Notes under the pieces: model-generated
What the model was told of the DNA's origin: nothing
Databases searched by the model: none
Seen by the model: only the letters and a program-made list of their open reading frames with translations
Assembly (NCBI GenBank): GCA_963921275.4
Contig: OZ001293.3
Location: 3,904,001-3,968,000, forward strand
Length of the DNA stretch: 64,000 nt
Source: an uncultured Hormoscilla sp.
Lineage (GTDB): Bacteria > Cyanobacteriota > Cyanobacteriia > Cyanobacteriales > Desertifilaceae
Direction of reading: 5' to 3'
Program-made: the position numbers and the translations under genes
Part shown: piece after piece, positions 8,641-25,420 of the stretch
How the letters are laid out: the number at the start of each line of letters is the position of its first letter
Position numbering within the stretch: position 1 is the first letter of the stretch

Positions 8641-11600
8641 ATGATTGCGATAGATGGCTTTACTGCGATCGCAAAGATATATGAAAGTGCCAACTCTCTA
8701 GTCTATCGGGGACTGCGAGAGTCGGATAAGCAAGCTGCAATCGCGTAGCGTGCGCGCAGCGCAATCCTGAAGGTGCTCAAGCAAGACTATCCCACGGAAC
8801 TAACCAGGTACAAGCAGGAATATGAAATTACCCGCAATCTCAATCTGGACGGAGTTGTCAAAGCCTATGATTTATCCTCATATCAGAACACCCTGGTAAT
8901 GATCTTGGAGTATTTTGGCGGTGAATCCTTAAAAATCTGGATGGAAGAGGACAAGTTTACCCTGTCAGAATTTCTGGAAATAGCCATGGCCACAACTGAG
9001 AGTCTAGGGGGAGTTCATGTTGCTAATATTATCCACAAAGATATTAACCCAGCTAATATCGTTCTCAGCCGGACAGGGGGGTACTAAAACTCATCGACTT
9101 TGGCATCTCCACTCAATTAACTCGGGAAAACTCGACCCTGAAAAATCCTCAGGTCCTAGAAGGAACCTTAGCTTATATCTCTCCGGAACAAACGGGAAGA
9201 ATGAACCGGGCCCTGGACTATCGCACGGATTTTTACTCCCTGGGGGTGACTTTTTACGAACTGCTGACCGGTAAACTGCCGTTTGAGACTCGGGAGGCGA
9301 TCGAATTAGTCCACTGTCACATTGCCAAGCAACCTCCGACTCCCTAGGAAGTCAAAGAAGAAATTCCCAAAGCCCTATCGGATCTAGTGATGAAATCCGT
9401 GCCTGCCCGAAAAATGCGGAAGACCGCTATCAAAGTGCTTGGGGGATAAAAGCTGACTTGGCAGAATGCCTGGCCCAATTGCAGAATTTGGGTACTATAT
9501 CAGAGTTTACCTTGGGAGATCGAGATATTTCCGACAAGTTCGCTATTCCCCAGAAACTCTACGGACGGGAGGCGGAAATTGAAACATTATTGACAGCATT
9601 CGATCGCGTATCAGGACTTGGGGGAGTAGAACTGATGCTAGTGGCCGGATATTCAGGCATCGGCAAGTCGGCATTGGTTAAGGAAGTTCACAAACCGATT
9701 ACGGAAAAACGAGGCTATTTCATCTCTGGTAAATTCGACCAGTTTCAGCGCAATATTCCCTACTCTGCGGTTGTCGCAGCCTTCAGTAACTTGATGGGAC
9801 AACTGCTAACGGAAACGGCAGACTCACTGCAGCAATGGCAAGCAAAGCTGTTGGCGGCGGTGGGAGTTAACGGTCAGGTGATTATTGATGTGATCCCGGA
9901 AGTGGAATTGATTATTGGTCCCCAGCCTGACCTGCGCGAATTGGGACCAACGGAATCCCAAAATCGCTTCAATCTGGTGTTTCAAAACTTTATTCGCGTT
10001 TTTTGTGCCCAGTCCCATCCGTTAGTCATATTTCTGGATGACTTGCAGTGGGCGGACTCGGCAACCCTGAAGTTAATTGAACTGGTGATGACGGATAGCA
10101 AGACAGAATACCTGTTCTTGATTAGGGCCTATCGAGATAATGAGGTCAGCCCCACTCATCCTTTGATGCTAATGGTTTCCAAACTGCGGGAGGTGGATGC
10201 AATTGTCAAGCAGATTACTCTAGATCCTTTAGCGAGCATATTTGCCAACTGCTGGCCGAGACCCTGTCTAGTGACAGCACTGCCGTGGCCCCCTTGGCAG
10301 AACTGGTGGTTCGCAAAACCTTGGGCAATCCTTTCTTTGTGAATGAATTCCTCAAAACCCTTTATGCAGAACAGGCGATCGCCTTCGATCTGGCTGACTG
10401 TAATTGGCAATGGGATGTCCGGCAAATTGAGGCCATGGAAATCACGGACAATGTAGTAGATTTGCTGATTGGCAAGCTCAAGAAACAGCCAGCTAGGACT
10501 CAAGAGGTTTTGCGTCTAGCTGCTTGTGTGGGGGCTGCTTTTGATTTAAGGACTCTCTCGATCGTTAGCGAAAAAACCCCAGAGGTAATTTCCCCTGACC
10601 TGAAGAGGGCCATGCAGTCGGGATTAATTCTGCCGGCATCGGAGTTAGATGCTCAACTGTTAATTCATAATTATCGCTTCCTGCACGATCGCGTCCAACA
10701 AGCGGCTTATGCCTTGAATGATGCCGCTAACCAAAAAGCCGTTCACTTGCAAATCGGTCGCCTGTTGCTAGAGAATCTCGATGACCAACAAGGTCAGGAA
10801 AGATTCTTTGAGATCGTCGATCATCTCAATCTCGGTCTGGAGTTAGTAACCGATCCAGAAGAACGAAAGCGAATCGCTCAACTCAATCTCATGGCTGGTC
10901 AGAAAGCCAAGGCAGCAACTGCTTATGGGGCAGCAGTCAAGTATTTAATGTGGGGCGAGGACTTTTGAATCAGCAGAGTTGGCAGAACTTGTACGACCTC
11001 ACCTTATCTTTGCATTCGGAAGCAGCAGCAGCAGCGAAGCCTGTACCTCAGGGGTAACTTCCAGCAGATGGAACAGTTAGCAGCGATCGTGCTACAACGG
11101 GCCAGAACGATTCTAGACAAAGTCAAAATCTATGAAATTCAGATTCAAGCCTATGTAGGACAAAATCAACTCCTCAAAGCGGTCAATACTGCCCTACCGA
11201 TTCTGGATTTGTTAGGTGTCAGCTTTCCCGAAAACCCGTCCCAGTCCGATTTGCAATTGGACTAGAGGAAACCCGATCGCTTTTGGGCAACAAGACAATT
11301 AAAGACTTGAGCGAACTTCCCGAAATGACCGATCCCTACAAGCTAGCAGCAATGCGGATATTGTCGAGAATCTGGGGTTCTGCCTATATGGCCCTTCCCG
11401 CCTTGATACCCCTAACTGTATTGCAAATAATGAATTTATCAGTGACATCAGGCAATACTTCTATCTCAGCTTTTGGCTATGCTTGCTATGGATTGATTCT
11501 CGTCGAGGTTGTCAGATATCTTCAAGCTGGTTATAAATTTGGGCAACTGGGTGTTACTGTTTTGTCTCGGTTCTATGATCGAGAAGTAGAATCAAAAACC

Positions 11601-12760
11601 TTGGAAGTATTTAATGCTTTTGTCAGGCATTGGAAAGATCATGTCAAGGAAACGCTCCCACCTTTAATGCAAGGCTATCAAAGCGGACTAGATACGGGTG
11701 ATTTAGAATTTGTTGCCTATTGCGGCTATGTCTACTGCTACTATTCTTACTCCATCGGCAAGCAACTGTCAAGTCTGGAAAAAAGAATTGCGACCCATGT
11801 TGATTTGCTGGGTCAAATTAAGCAAGAAACAGTTCGCAATTATTCCCGAATGCTTCATCAAGCTACCTTAAACTTGATGGGCAACCCTGACCAGGGAGTT
11901 AATTGGTGAGGCTTATAACGAAAGGGAGATGCTGCCGATACATCAGCAAGCTAATGATGGATCGGCCATCGCATTTGCACACATTCACAAACTCTTCCTC
12001 TGCTATTTATTTGCACAGTACGATCGCGCCCTAGCCAATGCTGACATTGCCGAAAAAAATTTAGCAAAGGTTACGGGATTGGTCTTGATAGTCATTTTCA
12101 ACTTTTATGATTCTCTATCCAGGATAGCAGTCTGTGCATCATCGGCCATCCCATATTCTTTACAGGATGTCCTGCTCGATCGCATAGCAGGTAATCAGGA
12201 AAAAATGCAGCATTGGGCCGCTCACGCTCCCATGAATCATTTGCACAAATATCATCTAGTAGAAGCGGAGCGACATCGCTTGGTGGGAAAAAAGATGGAG
12301 GCCATGGAGATGTACGATCGCGCTATTGCCGGAGCTAAAGAAAATGAATACTTGCATGAAGAAGCCCTCGCCAACGAACTAGCAGCAAAATTATACCTCG
12401 ACTGGGGCAAGGAGAAAATCGCCCGGGTTTATATGCAGGAAGCTCATTACTGCTATACCCGTTGCAACAGCAAAAGTCAAGCATCTGGAAGAAAGCTATC
12501 CGCAGTTATTGAGCGCAGCAAAGGCAAGAAACCTCACGACTGCTACCACCATAACCAGCACAGCAGGAATAAGCACTGGCGATCGCCTAGACCTGACTAC
12601 CATCCTCCAAGCTTCCCAAACCATTTCTAGCGAAATTCAGCTCGATCGACTGCTAGAGAAGCTGATGAAACTCGTCCTGGCCAACGCCGGGGCGCAAAAC
12701 GGTTGCTTAATATTACTAGAGGGGGAACAACTGCTCGTGAGGTCAGACGTTGATCCTCAC
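8641..12760 (+). pseudogene. Ser/Thr kinase + AAA ATPase + GAF multidomain sensor, fragmented and 3'-truncated
   Basis: Collinear fragments [51 protein letters not shown] and LDLTTILQASQ, broken by several frameshifts, in-frame stops (e.g. 8746, ~9345, 11263) and a 24-nt insertion. Confidence 0.9.
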
Positions 12761-12915
12761 GAGCTCTCCCAGTCGCTGGATACTTTTGAGCCGCACCCAT
12801 CACTTGACGGGACAAAATGTCGATGTCTAAAGGGCAGTACGATCGCTCCGGCGGAGTTTGCAGCCTGGTGCGCGCAGCGCATGTAGTGCGCCCTTTAGAC
12901 ATCTCAGCCGACTCC

Positions 12916-13265
12916 GGGCTTTCTCCCTAAATAGCGTTGGCTGAAAAGGTCGCAGCCTGCGCTCACCCCCCTTAACGATAGAGATATTTTATTCTGGAAT
13001 GACTTCCTCACTCCCTGGAGTGAGGAAGTCATTCCCTGGAGAACTCAGTCATTCCCAGGACTAACTGTTCATTTCCTAGAGTAACTTCCTCATTCCACCG
13101 AGTACGAGAGTCATTCGGTGGCGGAACAAGGTTTAGCTTTGACTTGAAACAAGATTACCAAAAGGAAGCTGAGTAACTCCTTGGCCGGAGCGGGAGTCTC
13201 CAAGGCCGGAGTAAGCGCCTCCAAGGCCGAAGTAAGCACCTCCAAGGCCGGAGTAAAATCGGAGG
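12916..13265 (+). repeat. ~350-bp dispersed repeat with internal 21-bp tandem units, copy 1
   Basis: Matches the reverse complement of 53326-53698; contains palindrome GACTTCCTCACTCCCTGGAGTGAGGAAGTC. Confidence 0.8.
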
Positions 13266-13318
13266 TGTGGTCTTGCGCCCGTTGGTAAGATGATCCCCCC
13301 AGCCCCCCTTAAAAAAGG

Positions 13319-13396
13319 CTTACAAAGGTAGGTTTTTTACTTTCGCCAGATCCTTCCCTCAAACAAACCGAAATGTAAAAAACCTACTCCTGTGAG
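13319..13396. mobile_element. 78-bp mini-element with CTTACA..GTAGGTTTTTTAC TIRs
   Basis: CTTACAAAGGTAGGTTTTTTAC...GTAAAAAACCTACTCCTGTGAG, inserted in a C-rich/G-rich palindrome; same ends as elements at 34143 and ~43030. Confidence 0.65.
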
Positions 13397-13512
13397 CTTA
13401 AAAAGGGGGGGGCAAGCTGCTCCCCCCCGCGCTGGGGGGCTGGGGGGGATCGCCCGCTACCGGTGAGAGTCGAAAATTGCTCTACTAATGCAACAAATGC
13501 ATGACCGTACCC

Positions 13513-15179
<1,667 letters not shown>

Positions 15180-15302
15180 TTGGCTAGATAGAGGGATCTG
15201 GCCTCTAAAATCATTACTTGTTTATCACCACCTGAACAACTAACAACTGACAAATTATGGTGCATCTTCAAGAAGCCAAAAAGACTGTGAGGTCCAATAG
15301 CT

Positions 15303-18161
<2,859 letters not shown>

Positions 18162-18165
<4 letters not shown>

Positions 18166-19517
18166 GATCGCCTATGTTTATTGAAGGCATGGAAGAAGAA
18201 GTAATATTAATTGTCGATGACACCCCCACTAATTTAGAGGTGTTGTTCGATTGTTTAGATGATGCAGGATTTGAAGTGGTGGTGGCGAAGGATGGCGAAA
18301 GTGCCCTGCAGAAGGTGGAAAAGGAGCCGCCGGATTTGATTTTGCTGGACGTGATGATGCCGGGAATAGACGGTTTTGAAACCTGCCGTCGGCTCAAGGC
18401 TAATCCCGACAGTAAGGACATTCCGGTAATTTTTATGACGGCTCTTTCGGACGCGGCCGATAAGATCGCGGGTCTTTCCCTCGGGGCGGTAGATTATATC
18501 ACTAAGCCCTTTCAGCAAGAGGAAGTGTTAGCCCGGGTGAAGGTTCACTTACAACTGCGAAAAGAAATCAAACAGCGGACTGCAGCTGAAGCCGAATTAG
18601 CGAAGCTCAACCAAAAGTTAGAGAAACGGGTGTCCGAACGGACGGCTCAACTAAAACAGACAATAGAGCAGTTGCAAGATGCTCAACTTCAGCAGCTAGT
18701 GCAGAAGGAAAAAATGTCTATTATCGGTCAGTTGGTGGCTACTGTAGCCCACGAAATCAATAACCCCTTGAGTTTCATCTCTGGCAATTTGACTCACGCT
18801 GAATTATATATTAAAGACTTGATTGCACATTTGCAACTTTACCAAGATAAGTTTCCGGCTCCGGGAGCAGAAATTGCCGACCATGCAGAAGATATTGACC
18901 TGGAGTTCCTGATGGAGGACTTGTGCCAACTGATCTCATCCATGAAGATGGGGACCGATCGCATTGTCCAAATTAGTGTTTCTTTGAGAAATTTCTCCCG
19001 CGCAGATACAGAAAATAAAGTAGCCGCAGACATTCACGAAGGCATAGATACCACGTTAATGATTTTAAAACCTCGACTGAAAGCTAGGAAAAAGATTCCC
19101 GAAATTGAGATTGTTAAAGAATATGGCGAGTTGCCCCTAGTAGAGTGCTACCCGGGACAACTAAATCAGGTGTTTATGAATATCCTGGCTAATGCGATCG
19201 ATGTATTTGATGAGGATATTATTGGGCGCGATGGGACTAAAATTAAGGCTAATCATGATATAATTACTATCTGCACAGAAGCAAATTCAGAGCATGTTAC
19301 TATTAGGATCAAAGATAATGGTCCGGGAATGTCATCAGAAGTGATACAGCAGATATTTGACTATTTATTCACTACTAAACCAGCGGACAAAGGGACGGGA
19401 TTGGGGTTGTCTATCTCCCGTAAAATTGTCGAGGAAAAACATGGGGGCAAGCTGACTGTGATTTCCGCACCGGGACAGGGGGCAGAATTCGCGATCGCCT
19501 TGCCTCTGAATTGTTAA
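18162..19517 (+). CDS. Response regulator receiver-histidine kinase hybrid
   Basis: ILIVDD, LLDVMMPGIDG, AHEINNPL and GTGLGLS motifs; the start may be ATG 18174 or 18189. Confidence 0.9.
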
Positions 19518-19649
19518 TTGTTAGTTGTCAGTTGTTAGTTGTCAGCACCATCTCCTATTTACATATCTGGACATGTTTCCAAATTGTTAATTGTTAATTG
19601 TTGCCGATTCTCAATCCGTAATGAACAATTAGCAATTAGCAATGAACAA

Positions 19650-20829
19650 TTAGCCATTCGCAAAAGCATTTTGAAATCGTGACGCTTTGAACAGACTAAT
19701 GTCATGTTCGGTTTCGCCTTGGAGGGCTAAGTCAGCTAAGATGCTGCCCACGAGGGTAGTGAACTTGAAGCCATGTCCAGAAAAGCCAGCAGCAAAGATA
19801 ACTTGGGGATATTCCGGATGGCGTCCGCGTAGCGTGCGCGCAGCGCATTCGATCGCAAAATCTTTGTCCGGGGTCAGAGTATATAAACACCTGCGGGTGG
19901 ATAGCAGGGGACCATTAGCACCAGGGATATACTGGCGGGAGAAACCCCGCATGCGCTCAATCCAGTTATCATCGGGAGTATAGTCTACCTCCCTGGGATG
20001 ACTGACAGTTTCCCAGCCATAAAGAGTGGTAATTTTTACCCCAGAGTCCCGATCAGAGGGAATGCCATAGGGCATTTCTCCATAGTCTCCATTCATGTGG
20101 GCAATGAATACCGGAAAGCGTCCTGGTTGATAATCTTCTGGGTTGTCGGGCTGGAAAAAAGCTAGCTGACAGGGCATGATTTTCAAAGGCAACTCTATCC
20201 CCAATGGCGACAGCAACGTTTTTGCCCAACTACCTGCTGTAATTACTATTTTGTCTGCGGCATAAGTTTCGGTGGGAGTCTGCACTTCCACACTGTTACT
20301 GCCTACAGTAATCTTAGTTACTGTCCGATCCACAAGGGTGGCACCCCGCCCCTGGGCGAGGCGAGTATGAGCCAATACGCACTTTGAGGCAGCCAATAAT
20401 CCGGTATCCTGCTGATAGATTACCTCCATCCCCTCGTCGAACCGGAATTGGGGGAAACGCTGGCTGGCCTCTGGGGCCGTGAGGCGATCGAAGGCAATAC
20501 CCATTTCCTCCATACTAGCAGCTACCTTCTGAAAACTTGTCTCATCCGGTTGAGCAAAATCAATTCCTCCAGTCTTGACATATAGCCTTTCTCCCGCTTC
20601 TTCTTCAAGGGCAAACCAGAGGCGATCGGCAACTCGCATCAGATTAATGTAAATTGGATTATCGTAGGCATAGCGAATCACCCGGGAGACACCATAGGAA
20701 CTGCCATTTTGGTGATTGAGTTCAAACTGTTCTAGCAGCAGAACCCGCTGTCGGGCCTTGGATAGATAGTAAGCAGCAGCGCTACCTATCCCCCCTGCCC
20801 CCAAAACGATCGCGTCAAAGTGTTGCCAT
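19650..20829 (-). pseudogene. Monomeric sarcosine / N-methyltryptophan oxidase-like flavoprotein; frameshift just after start and 8-aa insertion
   Basis: GAGGIG, GSSYGVSRVIR and FSGHGFKF motifs. The AGGAG-preceded ATG at 20829 is out of frame with HFDAIVLGAGG; insert ECAARTLRG at ~19824-19850. Confidence 0.75.
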
Positions 20830-21122
20830 CAAGCTGTTACTCCTACTCTTATACTTACAATTATATCGGTAGGGTGGTCAGTGCCCACCATTGCGGTTGT
20901 TTTTCAGTTCGTAGGGTGGGCCATGCCCACTGTCATTGCGGTTGTTTTTCAATAGACCCAGGATAATAACAGATAATTTGATGCAACATATTCATAGCTT
21001 ATACCCTTGTAGCTGTAGGTTGGGTTTCGTGCCTCAACCCAACCTACAGCTACAAATGGCAAGGACTAAAGTCCTTACTACAAACGACCTACAGCTACAA
21101 ATGGCAAGGACTAAAGTCCTTA

Positions 21123-21758
21123 CTACAAACGGTCTTTACTACAAACTGAATTTGGGCGAGTGGTCTGGACTATATGTGAAAGAATGCCCAGGATAGATTC
21201 CAGATTCTCCAGATAATGTTCCCCTCGCTCAATATAAACATTACTTTCTCCTAATTGCAGGAATTTCCAAATACTGCCTGTAGTTACGCTACCATAAATA
21301 CAAGGAATCTCCCGATCGCGCATATAATTGAATATTTGCGCCCCTACCATTTCGGCAATACATTGAGGTAAGCCTGATTTGATATTATCATTTTTAGCTT
21401 CCACAATAGTTACCACTGGAGCATTAATGGATAAGAGTTCGGGAGAATGACTGATGAGAAAGTCACATCTGCCATTCAACCCCCGACTTTTATCCACGGT
21501 AAAGTCGGAACCAGAGAATATACTTATTTGACGCTGAAAACTCTTCCGCAGCTCCACGAGAATGGGAGCAACAATTAATTCCGAGCGGGCTTTTTCTGTG
21601 TCAACTCCCAAAGCTAGGGGAAGATTTTCTTCTAGGATATCTCTTAGCAAGGGGCTGGGATTTACAGGTTTTATGGCCTGAAAGAGTTCCATTTGCTCCT
21701 GAATAGTCAAGTTGAATTGACTTTTTAGTTCTTCTAGGGTGAATTCACTATAAGACAT
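21123..21758 (-). CDS. Conserved cyanobacterial hypothetical protein, PD-(D/E)xK-like
   Basis: TEKARSELIVAPIL, G.CDF, VEAK, QC.AEM and YG.VTTG motifs. Confidence 0.7.
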   Translation of the reverse strand: MSYSEFTLEELKSQFNLTIQEQMELFQAIKPVNPSPLLRDILEENLPLALGVDTEKARSELIVAPILVELRKSFQRQISIFSGSDFTVDKSRGLNGRCDFLISHSPELLSINAPVVTIVEAKNDNIKSGLPQCIAEMVGAQIFNYMRDREIPCIYGSVTTGSIWKFLQLGESNVYIERGEHYLENLESILGILSHIVQTTRPNSVCSKDRL

Positions 21759-22229
21759 GATTGTTTCTCCTCTTATACCAAGATAACCAAATTAAACGCG
21801 AATGTCAAGGGGGCGATCGCATTTTATCGGAATATTGTAAATTAAGAAACCAGGTTTTTTGGAAAAACCTGGTTTCTGGGTTACTGGTAATAGGCCCGCA
21901 GCATGCATCTACAACTCCAGATGAGCGTTAAGATACAGAGTAGGTAATAGAACAGTGACCGGTCAAAAGATGCGATTGGACTTGACGCAAGTATGCTATA
22001 AATTACATCTTGTACCTTTCCCGATAGCTCGCCGGAGGTTGCTTTCTATATAAGGCTTTTAGTCGGTTTTCAACCGACTTCAGCTATTAGCCAGGGGTTT
22101 GAACCCTCGCGATATCCTGGGAGCGCTACGATCACTACCCAGGATATCGCGAGGGCGGGCCATGAGGCTGATCGACAATGGTGCAAGATCTCAGCTATAA
22201 AAGAAAAGAGACCGTATAAGACGCGACCT

Positions 22230-22625
22230 ATGACGCCTGTATCGACTCAATACCCCAACCGGACGATAAAACGGGCAGAACGAGCCATCAGCTGTTCGCC
22301 CTTTAACCTGTCTTTATTTGCGACAATGCAACTCAGGAGCGTTCCTCTCATTAGTATCGCTGGCTCAGAGGCGGTCCAACAGCAATGGACTAAGGGTCCC
22401 CTATCTGAGTTAGCAGCAGAAAATGCCCTGCTATGGCTGATCCAAGTAGGGATATTGCGGCGAGAGGTAGATGGTCAGGGAATCACAGATAGTTTTCGCC
22501 TCACTCCCTTGGGGCGTCAGTTGCTGGAAAAATGGCAGCAGCAATCACTACCTGAGATTCCAGATCCCTCTCTATGCGATCGCATCTCCAATGCTTGCAG
22601 TCGCTGGTTGCGACTGCCGATCTAA
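22230..22625 (+). CDS. Npun_F0494-like conserved cyanobacterial protein
   Basis: LLWLIQVGILRREVDGQGITDSFRLTPLGRQ motif; located upstream of cobQ. Confidence 0.75.
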   Translation: MTPVSTQYPNRTIKRAERAISCSPFNLSLFATMQLRSVPLISIAGSEAVQQQWTKGPLSELAAENALLWLIQVGILRREVDGQGITDSFRLTPLGRQLLEKWQQQSLPEIPDPSLCDRISNACSRWLRLPI

Positions 22626-22648
22626 TTATCCCCGAAACTGGAAATCCT

Positions 22649-24115
22649 ATGAAAGCCATCATGGTTGTGGGTACAACTTCCCACGCGGGTAAATCACTTC
22701 TGACTGCGGCCATCTGTCGCATTCTCAGTCGCCAAGGTTGGCGGGTGACTCCTTTTAAGGGACAAAATATGGCCCTGAATTCCTATGTCACTGTTAATGG
22801 TAGGGAAATGGGTTATGCTCAAGCGGTGCAAGCTTGGGCTGCGGGCCTGAACCCCCGGGTGGAAATGAACCCGATCTTGCTTAAGCCCCAAGGTGATATG
22901 ACTTCCCAAGTGATTATTAAGGGCAAAGTGGTGGGTAAGACGGAGGCGGCCAACTATTATCGGGATTATTTTGACATGGGCTGGCAGGCGATCGTCCAAT
23001 CTCTGAAAGTATTAGCATCAGAGTTCGATCTAGTCGTCTGTGAAGGTGCTGGCAGTCCGGCGGAAATCAATCTCAAGCACCGAGATTTGACTAATATGCG
23101 GGTGGCGAAGCACTTAAATGCCTCTACCCTGCTGGTGGTTGATATCGATCGGGGCGGGGCCTTTGCCCATGTGGTCGGAACCTTGGAGTTGCTGGAACCG
23201 GAGGAGCGTGCTTTAATTAAAGGTGTGGCGATCAACAAGTTCCGAGGACAGAAATCTCTCCTGGATCCGGGGATTGAGTGGCTGGAAGAACGCACGGGGA
23301 TACCTGTGGTAGCTGTGATTCCTTGGCTAGAAAATGCATTTCCCGCCGAAGATTCCTTGAGTCTCTTGGAAAGGCGATCGGGCCAGCAGACTGGGGAAAT
23401 CAACATAGCGGTCATCCGGACACCCCGGATATCTAACTTTACCGATTTTGACCCCCTAGACTCGGAACCCAGAGTTAATTTAAAATACGTCGGCCCGAAG
23501 GGCGATCTAGGCTATCCAGATGCAGTGATTATTCCTGGTTCTAAAACAACGATTAGCGATCTACTCTACCTGCAAAAAACTGGCATGGCAGAGAAAATTA
23601 AAGACTATGTTGCCGGGGGTGGTACAATTCTGGGCATCTGCGGCGGTTTTCAAATGCTAGGCAAATACATAGCCGATCCAGAGGGTATGGAGGGAATAGA
23701 AGGACGATTCAAAGCGCTGGAATTGTTACCAGTCAGAACCGTGATTGCCGGACAGAAAATCGCCCGTCAGCGAGAGGTCACTGCTAATTTTCCCCTTGCT
23801 GGTTTACCTATAGCTGGCTATGAAATCCATCACGGTCATACCAAGCTGTTAGAAAATACTGGAGTTGAACCCCTGTTCGACGATCCTAACTTAGGCTTAG
23901 TTAATGAGGAACAGTCAGTTTGGGGCACTTATCTCCACGGTATTTTCGATAATGGTCCCTGGCGTCGCGCCTGGCTGAACCGCTTGCGCCTGCAACGGGG
24001 TCTGCTTTCTTTACCCACTGGCATTCCTAATTACCGAGAACAGCGAGAACTTACTTTGAACCTACTCGCAGATCGGATTGAATCTTATTTAGATTTAAGA
24101 CCAGTTTTGAGTTAG
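22649..24115 (+). CDS. cobQ: Cobyric acid synthase
   Basis: MKAIMVVGTTSHAGKS, PFKGQNMALN, EGAGSPAEINL, GICGGFQMLG and GTYLHG motifs. Confidence 0.95.
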   Translation: MKAIMVVGTTSHAGKSLLTAAICRILSRQGWRVTPFKGQNMALNSYVTVNGREMGYAQAVQAWAAGLNPRVEMNPILLKPQGDMTSQVIIKGKVVGKTEAANYYRDYFDMGWQAIVQSLKVLASEFDLVVCEGAGSPAEINLKHRDLTNMRVAKHLNASTLLVVDIDRGGAFAHVVGTLELLEPEERALIKGVAINKFRGQKSLLDPGIEWLEERTGIPVVAVIPWLENAFPAEDSLSLLERRSGQQTGEINIAVIRTPRISNFTDFDPLDSEPRVNLKYVGPKGDLGYPDAVIIPGSKTTISDLLYLQKTGMAEKIKDYVAGGGTILGICGGFQMLGKYIADPEGMEGIEGRFKALELLPVRTVIAGQKIARQREVTANFPLAGLPIAGYEIHHGHTKLLENTGVEPLFDDPNLGLVNEEQSVWGTYLHGIFDNGPWRRAWLNRLRLQRGLLSLPTGIPNYREQRELTLNLLADRIESYLDLRPVLS

Positions 24116-24118
24116 TTA

Positions 24119-24376
24119 ATGGCGAAGGAAAAAGGACAAATAATGAAGATTAAATTTTTGCCAGATGATGTGGAGGTGGAAGCAACTCCTGGCGAACCGA
24201 TGTTAGAAGTGGCCGAGCGGGCGGTTGTTACTATTCATACAGGTTGTTTGATGGGTTCCTGTCACGCCTGCGAGGTAGAGGTTGATGGCGAACTGACTAT
24301 CTGTGCCTGCATTACGGCGGTTCCTCCAGGCAAGTCCCAGATGACGATTAATTTGTTTGTTGACCCGCTCTGGTAA
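24119..24376 (+). CDS. 2Fe-2S ferredoxin-like protein
   Basis: TGCLMGSCHAC...ICAC cysteine pattern; the start may be 24143. Confidence 0.85.
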   Translation: MAKEKGQIMKIKFLPDDVEVEATPGEPMLEVAERAVVTIHTGCLMGSCHACEVEVDGELTICACITAVPPGKSQMTINLFVDPLW

Positions 24377-24539
24377 TACAATATAAGCATGTTAAGATGA
24401 TTTTAGCCCCTGAAAAACCCTGTTTATGGGTATTAGATGGGGCAAACACTAAAGTGTTTACTACGAACGGAACGGGCGGACAGTTGTCAACAGCAGAAGT
24501 TGCCAAGCGATCTCTAGTATAATCTAAGGGAAAAATATA

Positions 24540-24897
24540 GTGGACTATCTTCTGGGCGACTTTGCAGGTAAAGAATTCCCTGTAGAAGTAGAAAAGTTGA
24601 ATATAATTGAGCAGCATACTGCACTGGAAAGCGATGCTTGCTAGATTGAAAACTGCCATTACAGAGGGACGTAATATTTCCGGTGCCGACGCAAGCTTTT
24701 ATTTTCACGAACTAAAAGAAGCCGAACTAATGCAGACCGGTCTTGACTACGAAGAAGCCCATGTTAGAGCATTGGCAGAATATAATGTCTCGCCTTATAG
24801 TGTTTATCATCCTGAAGTAATTGAGGCTTTTCCTGATGAGTTCAACAACAATTGGCATAATGCCTGGAGAATTAACCAGTCAAACCATCACGCTTAA
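24540..24897 (+). pseudogene. Small toxin-like protein (FYFHELKE...AH motif), apparently frameshifted near 24620
   Basis: GTG 24540 opens MDYLLGDFAGKEFPVEVEKLNIIEQH; a second frame continues AMLARLK...GADASFYFHELKEAELMQTGLDYEEAH...SVYHPEVI, which resembles (from memory) Rhs C-terminal domains. Confidence 0.45.
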
Positions 24898-25420
24898 TCT
24901 TAGTTATCACCGCAAGATGCGCGTTTGGTTGGGAGAATTACCACCTCTGGAATATCCGGTGGTAGACTCTGTAGAACGCACCCTAAAAGCTAGAAAATCA
25001 CAGATCGATAACCGCCAATATGCTGCTGTTGAGATGTTTATACCTAAAGGCGGACGCGCTATTTACGGACTACTCGGTGCGCAGTTTCAACCAGAACTTT
25101 CCCAGGAAATTTTAGTTAAAGTCGCTGTTTCTGGAACTGCTACACAACAGCAAGACTGGTTGCTGGCTAGCCGCCTCGATCGCACGTACATGGGTTTACC
25201 TTCTGAATATTGTCACAGCGTACTTTCTGGAGCCTTAAGTGCAGCAGAAATTCTCGGTTCTGGACTATTGCATATTAACTGCGCTGCTCACGGTGAAGTT
25301 TGCTCTTCCCCCAGAATATTTAACCAGCTTGCTAGCACGGTGGTCAAGCTTCTGGCTTCTAACATTCAGTCAGTGCTGGACTCGGAAATTACTGCTATTG
25401 TAGAGGCTAATTTCTTATAG
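24860..25420 (+). CDS. Hypothetical protein, EF-G domain IV/S5-fold-like, putative immunity partner
   Basis: YGLLGA.F, GLPSEY..SV..G and AAHGEVCSS motifs; overlaps the 3' end of the upstream gene. Confidence 0.5.
   Translation: MPGELTSQTITLNLSYHRKMRVWLGELPPLEYPVVDSVERTLKARKSQIDNRQYAAVEMFIPKGGRAIYGLLGAQFQPELSQEILVKVAVSGTATQQQDWLLASRLDRTYMGLPSEYCHSVLSGALSAAEILGSGLLHINCAAHGEVCSSPRIFNQLASTVVKLLASNIQSVLDSEITAIVEANFL

Noticed and set aside
21843..21880. AGAAACC(G/A)GGTTTCT palindromes (also ~34067, 36315, 37297, 53160, 56276) as specific operators
   Set aside because: A common intergenic REP-like repeat with no consistent position relative to gene starts.
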